64,000 nt of DNA from Macrostomum lignano (taxonomy: Eukaryota), in assembly GCA_002269645.1 (NCBI GenBank), contig NIVC01000731.1:372001-436000 (forward strand), given 5' to 3'. Positions 24,586 to 35,500 of this stretch are shown here, in pieces. The notes beneath the pieces were generated by a model, which was not told the DNA's origin, did no database searches, and was given only the letters and a program-made list of their open reading frames with translations. Numbering within the stretch: the stretch's first letter is position 1; the number at the start of each line of letters is the position of its first letter. The position numbers and the translations under genes were made by a program.

Positions 24586-25497
24586 TGAGGAGAAGAGAGG
24601 AGAAGAGAGGAGAGGAGAGGAGAGGAGAGGAGAGGAGAGGAGAGGAGAGGAGAGAAGAGGAGAGGAGAGGAGAGGAGAGAAGAGGAGAGGAGAGGAGAGT
24701 AGAGAAGAAGAGAGGAGAGGAGAGGAGAGGAGAGGAGAGGAGAGGAGAGGAGAGTAGAGAAGAAGAGGGAGAGGAGAGGAGAGGAGAGTAGAGGAGAGGA
24801 GAGGAGAGGAGAGAAGAGGAGAGGAGAGGAGAGTAGAGGAGAGGAGAGGAGAGGAGAGGAGAGAAGAGGAGAGGAGAGGAGAGGAGAGGAGAGTAGAGGA
24901 GAGGAGAGGAGAGGAGAGGAGAGGAGAGTAGAGGAGAGGAGAGGAGAGGAGAGGAGAGGAGAGGAGAGGAGAGGAGTGGAGAGGAGAGAAGAAGAGAGGA
25001 GAGAAGAGGAGAGGAGAGGACAGTAGAGGAGAGGAGAGGAGAGAAGAGGAGAGGAGAGGAGAGAAGAGGAGAGGAGAGGAGAGAAGAGGAGAGGAGAGGA
25101 GAGTAGAGGAGAGGAGAGGAGAGGAGAGGAGTGGAGAGAAGAAGAGAGGAGAGAAGAGGAGAGGAGAGGAGAGGAGAGGAGAGGAGAAAAGAGGAGAGGA
25201 GAGAGAGGAGAGGAGAGGAGAGGAGAGGAGAGGAGAGGAGAGGAGAGGAGAGGAGAGGAGAGGAGAGGAGAGGAGAGGAGAGGAGAGGAGAGGAGAGGAG
25301 AGGAGAGGAGAGGAGAGGAGAGGAGAGGAGAGGAGAGGAGAGGAGAGGAGAGGAGAGGAGAGGAGAGGAGAGGAGAGGAGAGGAGAGGAGAGGAGAGGAG
25401 AGGAGAGGAGAGGAGAGGAGAGGAGAGGAGAGGAGAGGAGAGGAGAGGAGAGGAGAGGAGAGGAGAGGAGAGGAGAGGAGAGGAGAGGAGGGAGAAG
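24586..25497. repeat. (GAGAG)n polypurine microsatellite, about 900 bp
   Basis: Visible; produces the SSPLL and ERRGE pseudo-ORFs. Confidence 0.98.
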
Positions 25498-25582
25498 ATA
25501 GCTAAGAAGAGACACTAACAATAAGCGGGCCGAATTGGTATTGTGAAGTTTCAAAGGACACGTAGAGAGGCTTTGCGGTCCG

Positions 25583-25830
25583 TATGTGGCCGCCCTGGGT
25601 TAGAGCGTCGGACTCGCGGCTTGAAGGTCAGGGGTTCGATTCCTGATCCCACTGGAACAATTTGTGTCCTTGAGCAAGACACTTGACTCTGCATTGCTTC
25701 AGTTCATCCAGCTGTAAATTGGGTGCCATCATTAGCTGAGGTAATTGAGGGTGTGTGGTGACCCCAGTCCTTGGACTAAACAGCCGTACGCAGCCTTCAG
25801 ATGTATTCAATTATTATTATTATTATTACT
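25583..25830 (+). mobile_element. tRNA-derived CORE-like SINE, family B
   Basis: Head gttagagcgtcggactc..ggttcgattcc; central tgtgtccttgagcaagacactt..cagctgtaaattggg resembles the CORE domain; (tat)n tail; copies at 29135 and 33995. Confidence 0.75.
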
Positions 25831-26479
25831 TGTATTATAATTTGATCAACCAAAATTTGCCAGTTATTTCACTGAAGCCCTCAGCACACCTGTGCAGCGA
25901 TTCGCGTGACTGCGGCCGGCATAAATAAACTGCAGAATTGCAAATCTCGATCCGCATTGCTTTGCATAAAGCCGGGCCCGCCGAGCTTCCAACTGAGGGC
26001 AGTGGCGGTGGCAAATGCCCGCCTGTAACAAAACACCCCGCCATGCTAATTAACCTGCGCTGTGCTGGCGTATCAGCCTCTCCGCTGTGGGAACCAGAAA
26101 CTATGTAATTGAAGACTCTCAATCTTGCATTTTCGAGGTGCGAATGTAGCCATCAGGCTTCAAGAGCTGCTCCAATCAAGATTAATGACTCTAGAAATGG
26201 TGAAGTCTAGTGCAAAACTGCTGGCCCACCAGCCAACCAACTGGACTGCAACGAATTACAAGTATTTCTGCTGTTACAATAACTCGTAAAATTCGTAATT
26301 GTTAGTAAAATCTAGTAAAATTTCTACATGCACTGGATTTCTGGTCAACTGCGCATTGAAACAGGCAGCTGGAAGAAGCTGGAATTTGGGCGACTTCATT
26401 ATTTTTACTTCTTTACTTTCATTGCTTTCTACTATGAGTAGTGCAGTGAGAATTGTTCTGCCGTATGGATAGCTTTATT

Positions 26480-26597
26480 AGGGACAGGGGCTGGGTGCAC
26501 TCTGGCGCACATTGTTACACAACCGGCGAGAGGCATTACTGCCCATTCCGCCGACTCCCCTGAGCAGGCACACAAGCGAGCGGATACGTACGCAGTC
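26480..26597 (-). mobile_element. SINE family A, 3' fragment
   Basis: Shares gcccattccgccgactcccctgagcagg with the other copies. Confidence 0.7.
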
Positions 26598-26599
26598 AA

Positions 26600-27080
<481 letters not shown>

Positions 27081-27731
27081 AGGCCTCCCAAAAGCCACTT
27101 CAATGTGATTGACAGAAATGAAAAATTTAAATGAGGTGTTGGAAACTAGAAGGGTGATCGATATGTGAGCTCAATAAGTGACCGATGGGAGATCGGTTGA
27201 TTCGAAGCCAGCAGAAGCCAGAAATCTAAGAAATGCTTTAACAAACTGGCAATTTTTGCACCCGGCAGCTCTGCACACTCGCCCGAGCGCCCCACCCAGA
27301 TCGATCCGCTGCCAGCCCGAACGAGTGAACAGCCTGCAGATTATTTTCAGCCACTCCCCGGCCCTTCAGTGCCAGCTGGGTTTGCGCCGCCTCGCCTTCC
27401 CAGAGACGCAAAGAATCGCGGCAAAGGTTGCGCCAGCCGTCCACTCAGCCAATTGCACTACGTCGTAGCAGCCAGACCAAATCTGGGGGGGGGGGGTTCT
27501 TCCCTCATCCCTCTCGGGTCCGCAGGCCCTTGATCCCTGTGTAAGCACGAACTTTTAGTAGGCGCTTTTGTTCGCGGCCCCTAGCGGGGTTTTAGCAGGC
27601 GGGCAGAGCGGCTAAAAGGGGATTTCTGCACGAATTTGAGAGTGCAGACACCTGGAAGCTCTCCGAGACCGCCGATCTTCGTCTGACTCACTGGGCAGCC
27701 ACTCTACCAGTGTTTAAAGTTCTCGTGTGTC

Positions 27732-29799
27732 ATGCCGCTGGCGGCTCTCTGGAGTTGCCGTGGCTCCAAAAAGCGGCAGCGAAAAGAGCAGCAGCAGCAA
27801 CATGGAGGCAAGGATCCCACTGCCACCTCCCGCGAGGCTGAGGTACCCGAGGATGTCGACTTGACCGAAGCTCTGGCCGACGAAGAGATCGCCGAGTGCG
27901 TGCAGACTTTCAACACATTCGACTACGACAACGACGGACGCATAAGCATGAAGGAGCTTGGCAACATCCTGCGCTGCCTTGGATACGGCTGCTCTCGGGC
28001 AGAGCTCAAGGTGAACTATCTTGGTATATAGTTGACAATATTCCTAGAGCCGCTAGGAATACTATGGTAGTCTCTAGGTGAGACAAGTCTAAACTCTACA
28101 GAGCCTTACCTGCCGAGCGTTCCTCCAGACCACAGAATTGTCCAGACAGAATCCTCCAGACCACAGAATTGTCCAGACAGAATCCTCCAGACCACAGAAT
28201 TGTCCAGACAGAATCCTCCAGACCACAGAAATGTCCAGACAGAATCCTCCAGATCACAGAATTATCTAGACAGAATCCTCCAGACCACAGAAATGTCCAG
28301 ACAGAATCCTCCAGACCACAGAATTGTCCAGACAGAATCCTCCAGACCACAGAAATGTCCGGACAGAATCCTCCAGACCACAGAATTGTCCAGACAGAAT
28401 CCTCCAGACCACAGAATTGTCCAGACAGAATCCTCCAGACCACAGAATAGTCCAGACAGAATCCTCCAGACCACAGAATTATCCAGACAGAATCCTCCAG
28501 ACCACAGAAATGTCCAGACAGAATCCTCCAGACCACAGAATCCTTCAGACCACAGAATCCTCCAGACCACAGGTCTCCCTGCTGACATTTATTACCATAC
28601 AATAGTAAAATTGTGTAGCCAATGCTAACGTGTGGATATGCCCCCACCTGTCCAATTTATGCTACATATCTGGTCAACTCTAACTTATGTACAGCCAAGT
28701 CTTTGTATAGACAAGCGTTCGGCAAACTCTTTTACGTCAAGGGCCAGATAGAGAACGTAGCGCACGACTGCGGGGAGGCGAGAGACGAGGGAAGAGAGAA
28801 GAGAGATTGGAGAAAGGGAGGCAATGAAATAAAGGAGACGACAGAAGAAGGAGAGATGAAATAGGAGAAGGAAGACGAGAGAAGAGAGAAAGGAGCTGAG
28901 AAGAGAGACAAATCTTAAGCAGGCCGGATTGCTATTGTAAAGCTTAAAAGAACACGAGGGTCGGATAGAGAGGCTTTGTGGACCGATCCCTGGCATAGAA
29001 GAAACCATCCCTTCTCGGCTGGAAAGGCTTGGCATGGCAGAGTGCTGAAGTTCCAGTGACAGTCTGCGGCCAGCCCTGGTGACCAGGCCAGCTGGAACGG
29101 AGTTTTTGCTGTATTCTCATTGTCTGAGTTGCAGGAGATTGTAGCCGAGTGGTTAGAGCGTCGGACTCATGACTTGAAGGTCGGGGGTTCGATTCCGGAT
29201 TCCACTGGAACAATTTATGTCCTTGATTAGCTAGGGTATTTGAGGCTGTGTGTGGCGACCCCCCTGACCATGGACTGAACAGCCGTACGCAGCCTTCAGA
29301 TGCGCCGCGCAATAGCTGCGGCTGAGCTGTCGGTTGCACATCTGGCCCAATTCGAGCAGGTGTAATCAGTTATTATTATATTACTGGGTTGCAGAATTCA
29401 CTGCAGAGGTCTCTGGATGTCTTTAAGTGGTAAGAATTCCCGCAAAACTCGAAACTTGGGCCTCAGAGTGCAGCCCTGCTCCCGCAGGAGATGTTCGCCG
29501 GCATTGACAAGAACGGAAACGGCTTCATTGACCTGCAGGAGTTCCTCGGCCTCGTGGGCCTCGGGCAGCTTCGCCACCGGCAGCAGACGGACCGCCAGCT
29601 GGCGAAGGCCTTCCGAGTCTTCGACGCCGACCGAGACGGCTTCATTGGCCCGGCGGAGCTGCGGGCTGCCCTGCGCCGCCTGTTGAAGCCCGCTGAGGTC
29701 ACCGACCGACTGGTGGACGACATGATTCGCGGCGCTGACCGTGACGGCGACGGACGCGTCTCCTTTGCCGAGTTCGTCGGCATCGTCAGCCCGCGGTAG
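27732..29799 (+). CDS. Calmodulin-like four-EF-hand protein with an N-terminal extension; exons 27732-28010 and 29488-29799
   Basis: EF loops DYDNDGRISMKE, DKNGNGFIDLQE, DADRDGFIGPAE, DRDGDGRVSFAE; phase-0 GT-AG junction. Confidence 0.9.
28120..28572. repeat. Minisatellite, 31-bp unit (ccagacagaatcctccagaccacagaattgt), intron of the EF-hand gene
   Basis: Tandem copies visible. Confidence 0.95.
29135..29385 (+). mobile_element. CORE-like SINE family B, internally deleted copy
   Basis: gtagccgagtggttagagcg..ggttcgattcc head; same 3' end (cagatgcgccgcgcaatagctg..) as the 34.0-kb copy. Confidence 0.75.
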
Positions 29800-30604
29800 C
29801 CGGAGCCATTGTGGATCGAGGCCAGCTGAGAGCTGGGGAATGCGGCCCAGTTTCTTGCCTTCCATCTGAAGAGCCCAATGACTCCACAAGCTGATATTGG
29901 TTGCACTCGTAGTTAAAATTTAGCGCTGTTTTTGCTGTACAGTACAGAATTCTTGGATCGCGTGCGTGCGGATGTCATTGCCCCAGGCTGCTGCGAGAAA
30001 TTTGCTTAAAAACAAACACTTTTTGTTGTCTCGATGAACTGCTGAGTTTTTTGCTAAGTTTACTCACTTCTCGCTTGTTGGGACGCAGAAGAAGAAATCT
30101 ATGCACTGTATCAGTGGGTAAATTCGCCCACTATGCATCAGCCCTAACCCAAGACAGATACTCAAGCCTGCTTAGTTTCTCACCGATTGGACATGGAGAC
30201 ATTTTGGGCTCTGTGAAGTCCTCTACTGACTCTACTCAGATGTAGATATGACCTCAGTGTAAAATGCTGGTACTACTTAGGATGCTCCGTCAATCTTCGT
30301 CCCCCGCGAGCTCGCAGACAACTCGGTGTACAATTGGCATATGTCTCGGGGCAGAGAAGTACAACTCAGGCTCAGGCGCAAACAATGAGAGCTTCAAGGC
30401 GTCCATATTTCTTGCACTCAGAGCTTCTCAACAGCAGCGAAGGAAGAGGAGGCGAGGTTCGCTACCGAAACTTGAAAAACTTTGCCTAGATAATTTCTAT
30501 CTGGGGGACGAAAATGAAACAGTCGGACAGTTGAAGCTGTGTTAGCTAAAAACTGCTCAAAACGCTGAATTTCTCAAATCGCTCCAAAACTCCAATCATC
30601 AAAA

Positions 30605-32092
30605 ATGCGAGCAAGTCAAGCAGTCACCGTCGCTCACATCGCGGTGCTGCTGACGATGCGCTGCTGCCTGAAGGTCATGGAGTACCAGTTCATCACACTG
30701 GCCGCAGCAAGCTCCAATGCCAGCACCGCCACCGAGGGAGTGGCGGACTCGGCCTCAGCGCTGTCCTGGATGTACACCTGCCGCTTTTTGCTAGGCGCTC
30801 TGGGCGGCCTGCTGGCCTGCTGGATCGGCCACGTGCGCACCCTGCAGCTGGGCGGCTGCGTCCTGCTGGCATCGGCTGGCGCCATGGCCGGCGCCGTGTA
30901 CACAGACCAGTGGAGCCCGGACTCTGGCGCCGCGCTGACCGCCTGCGCCCTCATGCTGGTCTACAACGGCCTGGTGATCCCCAACGTGATGTACGCAGTG
31001 CTGAGCAAGCGGACGAGGCCGCAGCGCCGCACGGTGCTCTGCGCGCTCGTCTACATGTCCTCCGCGGCCGGCCTGTTTGTGGGCATCCAGGTGCAGCACC
31101 TGCTGACCAACCCGAGCGTTGGCAAGCACTGCAGCCTCGTCTGGTTGGCCTTCGCCCTCGCCTTTGCCGCGCTCGCTATCCTGGCGCTGCCGCGGCTCGA
31201 CGCAGCAGCCGCGATGGCACCGAGCTCCGGGCAGCTCGACACGGCTCCGCCGCCGCCGTTTTCGAAGCTGCTGTGCGACTGCGGGCACGTCCTGCTGCCG
31301 ACTTGGAGCCGTCTGAAGCGCAGCTGCATCGTCTTCGGGACGCTGATCCCCTTCCTGGTGGGTCTGTGCGATGACCGGTCCTCGGCCTTCAACGCGCAGC
31401 GGGCGCTGCAGCCGCTCATCGCCAACTCCAGCGGAGGTAACTCCGGAAATGACCGATTGAGCGATTCGCTGGATAGCGCGCTGCTGGCAGTCAGCCTGGT
31501 GGCCGTCAACGGAGGTCTGGTGGTCGCCGCCTGCTGCCTGCGCGGTCGCAGACGTCTCCCAGTGCAGCCGCGGCTCCTGGCGGGCATCGTCATGGAGGCG
31601 GCCCTGGAGCTGGCGCTGGCGGCAGTCAGTGGCGTTGGGCTGGCCGACCCTGTGGCCGTGTCCGCGGTGTACACCGCTTCTACAGTGGTGGACGCGACCG
31701 CCGCCGCGCTGACGATGGTGGCCGCCTACGAGCTGATGGACAGCTTTGAGCGGGACGCCGCAATGCCACTGATTTTCGGCATCATGCTGACTGTGTGGGG
31801 TCTCGCGAACCTGGCCAGCCGCTGTATTGTCACGATCTGCCGCCGCTTGCCGCCCGACAACCCGATCCTGCAGCCGAGCGCCGGCAAGCCGCCTCTGCTG
31901 TTCGTCTACCACTCGCTGCTGCTGGCGCTGCTGCTGCTGAGCCTCGCCTTCTGGCGGCTGTTCGCCCTGCGGCTTGCCCGCTCGCTGCAGGTTATATATG
32001 AGGACGAGGGGCCGGAAGCTGCCGCCGGCCCCGTCAACGATGGCGACGGGGAGAACCGGCCGCTGCTGAACCCGCCATCAACTGATGGGTGA
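30605..32092 (+). CDS. Intronless MFS-fold transporter, 495 aa, probably a divergent POT/PTR2 (SLC15-like) member
   Basis: Long GC-rich ORF with many hydrophobic segments; LLGALGGLLACWIGHVRTLQLGG, GLVIPNV and LVYMSSAAGLFVG resemble POT motifs. Confidence 0.72.
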   Translation: MRASQAVTVAHIAVLLTMRCCLKVMEYQFITLAAASSNASTATEGVADSASALSWMYTCRFLLGALGGLLACWIGHVRTLQLGGCVLLASAGAMAGAVYTDQWSPDSGAALTACALMLVYNGLVIPNVMYAVLSKRTRPQRRTVLCALVYMSSAAGLFVGIQVQHLLTNPSVGKHCSLVWLAFALAFAALAILALPRLDAAAAMAPSSGQLDTAPPPPFSKLLCDCGHVLLPTWSRLKRSCIVFGTLIPFLVGLCDDRSSAFNAQRALQPLIANSSGGNSGNDRLSDSLDSALLAVSLVAVNGGLVVAACCLRGRRRLPVQPRLLAGIVMEAALELALAAVSGVGLADPVAVSAVYTASTVVDATAAALTMVAAYELMDSFERDAAMPLIFGIMLTVWGLANLASRCIVTICRRLPPDNPILQPSAGKPPLLFVYHSLLLALLLLSLAFWRLFALRLARSLQVIYEDEGPEAAAGPVNDGDGENRPLLNPPSTDG

Positions 32093-32548
32093 CGGCGATG
32101 GGCTCATAACCCTCTATACGTGTAATAATTGACCATTCGTAGGCTTTCTCAAGACCTACTTAGGACTTTACGAACTTTAAGAGATATCTTGCTCACATCG
32201 AAATCGCGCGCACAGAATTTGCGCAACCTATTTTAACAATTGTTGAACTCTCTTCACCGGTTACCCCAGTAGCCACATGGAATCAGTCTGCAAAACTGAG
32301 GTCCAGATCGCTCAAAGTCTCAGGTCATGCATTATGCTGGGCCGCTACAGTTGATTGATATAATGAATAAGTAAACATATTTTTCGATAAAAAGCTCCAC
32401 ACAGCAATACTTTCGTTTTCATTTAACTTCTGTGAAGATTACCCTAGCCATTCTAACATAGCGAACCGTAAACACCTTCTGACAATGGTTTATTTAGTCA
32501 TGAACAACTCCGAAATATGAACTAAATGTAGTCATCAACATGCAGCAC

Positions 32549-35500
32549 TCAGATGCATTTCGCTGCATATCTCCGCGGCGTTGAGCGCTGAGCTCCTGAC
32601 GATCGTCGAGACTGCGTTCGACGCCGCAACAGAAACACAAGAGCCACCACGATGAGGATGAGCACCATGACTCCGATGCTTACAATCAGCCAGACCCACC
32701 AGTTGACTCCGGCAGAGGTGAAAACTGTTCTGGCTTCACTGCTACTCCTGCACATGGTGACCCCCGGCGGGCAGATGCACTCGAATCCCAGGTTGACGCC
32801 CGTCGCCCGGCACGACCCGCCGCTCGGGCAGCTGATGTTGAACTTGCTGCACGGGTTCACGGCAACGCAGCTCTTGCCCGCGTCTCTCTCCTGTCCTGCT
32901 GGACACTCGCAGGTCGTCTTGCCCCAGAGTCTACGGCAGACTTCCGTTGACGGACAGTCGCAGGGAGGCGTCAGGTCCACACCGTCGGGACCGACTCTGG
33001 CATCGCTGGCCAGCACTGGCGTGATGAAGCCCCCTGTCGCCTCATTGATAGACCGATCTGCAGCATCCGTAGTTGTAGACATGTACGTGCCGGAGACGCG
33101 GATGTTCCGCAGCCAGCCTGAGCGAATTCAGTGGAGAGGTGCTAATTGGTTCAATCAAGGTAGGAAACTGACACACTAGCACAGGCACTGACTTACTGTT
33201 GGCGATCTGGGCCGTCAAGTCCAAGTTCGAGAGGTCGGCCACGGTTCGGCCCAGGTCGTGCAGCCTGTCGACCCCGTCAACTCTCAGCTTGAGCACGGCT
33301 TGCCTGGTGGCGGCAAACACGGAGTGCCACTCGCCATCGTCGACTCTGATCGGCGGAAACGCGAAGCAGCTGGACGAGTCGATGCAGAGCTGCAGCAAGC
33401 CGTCCGAAATCTGGAGTCAGGGGAGGAAAATATTTGTATAAATTGAAGTTATGAGCTTCTTGGCTTCAGTTTAAAAAATTCAGCTCACATCCAAGCTCTG
33501 ACTCAGAACGGTTGAACGTGCCGAATTCTTGATAACAGCATGCAGGACGCCAGTCGATGCACTGACTCGAGTTCGCAGTTCCAACTCAATCGATACGGAG
33601 TTTTTATCGCTTAACTGTAGCGAATTGTTCGGGTTCTCGAACCAAGTGCTTGGATTGCTTGATGCGGTGCTGATTATCAGTGGATCTGCAATTTCAATCA
33701 GTTCACTGAAGTTCAAGTGGGGGTTGTAGCCAGTGGGGGTTGTAGCCAGTGGGGGTTGTAGCCAGTGGGGGTTGTAGCCAGTGGGGGTTGTGGCCAGTGG
33801 GGGTTGTAGCCAGTGGGGGTTGTGGCCAGTGGGGGTTGTAGCCAGTGGGGGTTGTAGCCAGTGGGGGTTGTGGCCAGTGGGGGTTGTGGCCAGTGGGGGT
33901 TGTAGCCAGTGGGGGTTGTAGCCAGTGGGGGTTGTGGCCAGTGGGGGTTGTAGCCAGTGGGGGTTGTAGCCAGTGGGGGTTGTGGCCAGTGGGGGGTTGT
34001 AGCCTAGTAGTTAGAGCGTCAGACTCACGACTTGAAGGTCGGGGGTTCGATCCCCGATCCCACTGGAACAATTTGTGTCCTTGAGCAAGACGCTTAACTC
34101 TGCATTGCTTCAGTTCACCCAGCTGTAAAATGGGTGCCAGCAATAGCTGGGGTAATTGAAGGCGTGTGGTGACCCCCCGTCCTTGGACTGAACAGCCGTA
34201 CGCAGCCTTCAGATGCGCCGCGCAATAGCTGCTACTGAGCTGTCGGTTGCACATCTGGCCCAATTGGGGCAGGTGTAACCAATTATATTATTATTATTGT
34301 TTACTGAAGTTCAGCTTTGGGTTATCAAGCTATGTGTGAATTCCAAACTCGTCTTACCTTGTGTGCACTCGTTGGACTGCCGATCTTTCCTGCACTTGGC
34401 ACTGGAGCCGACCGTCTCAAGCTTCTTTCGCTTCGATCCCAGGCACTGGCAGTTGCAGTCCATCGGAGCTCCTTTGCTTTTAGTCACGATCCCATAGCAG
34501 ACCGACTGCGCTCCGCACACGAATGTGCCGGAGCCGCCGCAGCTGCCGCTTTGAAACTTGCAGTCGTCTTCCACTTTGGAGTCCCCGGTTGTCACGGCCC
34601 TGCTGGCCTTCGCGTCCACCAAATAGCCGTTCACGGTGACTGATTGCACGCAGCCAGTGAGCGCCTGGCCGATCTCAAGCCAGAGGTTGGTAAAGTCCGA
34701 GACCGAACCACCAGAATTGACGCTCTTGGTCTGGCACTCGAGCGGAATTGGATTGCTTGAGACGCCTGCGAGCTTCTTTGGGCACAGAACTGCTCGAGTC
34801 TGCAATTGGTTGCCAAGTTGGTTCAGCTCTGGTTGATAAGCAAGCGCATGCGAGATTTATCCCAGAAACTCTCACCAGATTTGGAGTCATGAGAATGTGA
34901 AAAGTGAACCAGTTCCCTTGGTTAAGGCCTGCAGATGATACATCAAAGCTTTTTCCAAGAAGCAGACTTCCGGCCACTCTGAGTGTTGTAGTCCGGAAGA
35001 TCAGCGATGCACTGAGCATTGAACTGCCTGGATTGTTGGGACTCTTCAGCGCCAGCGTCTCGTGGCCTGCTTTTTCGATTGATCCGGACAGCTCAAATGA
35101 GATTTCCAGAGACAGAGCCGAGTGCGGCAGGCCGCCAATCCAGTGGCGAGTGAAGGCCAGACCGGATGACCCGTGGCTGTAGCTTCTGACCGGGTACTCG
35201 CATCGAGGACCCCACGGGGTGTTCGGCGCTAACGGACAGATGCACCTGCAGATTGGCAGAACTTTTTTAATCAGGCTTTACTAACAGATGCAACTAGCAA
35301 TCTAGTGCTTCTAATGGGGTTCTATTAGCAAGAAACGAAAAATATTTATGAGAACCTCTTAAAACGAAAGCATTTCTCTTAAAAGCATTCCTATTTCAGT
35401 TTAATAAATCACTTTGTTCGAGTAAATTTGTTCAAAAAATTGAATAATTTTTTTGAATAAACTAAATGTATGTTCTGACCTTTCAGTCTTGATACGCTCG

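Noticed and set aside
29135-29205. Possible tRNA-Met gene (CAT at the anticodon position)
   Set aside because: It continues into the SINE body, and sister copies differ at the anticodon (gcg, cac); it is a SINE head, not a tRNA.
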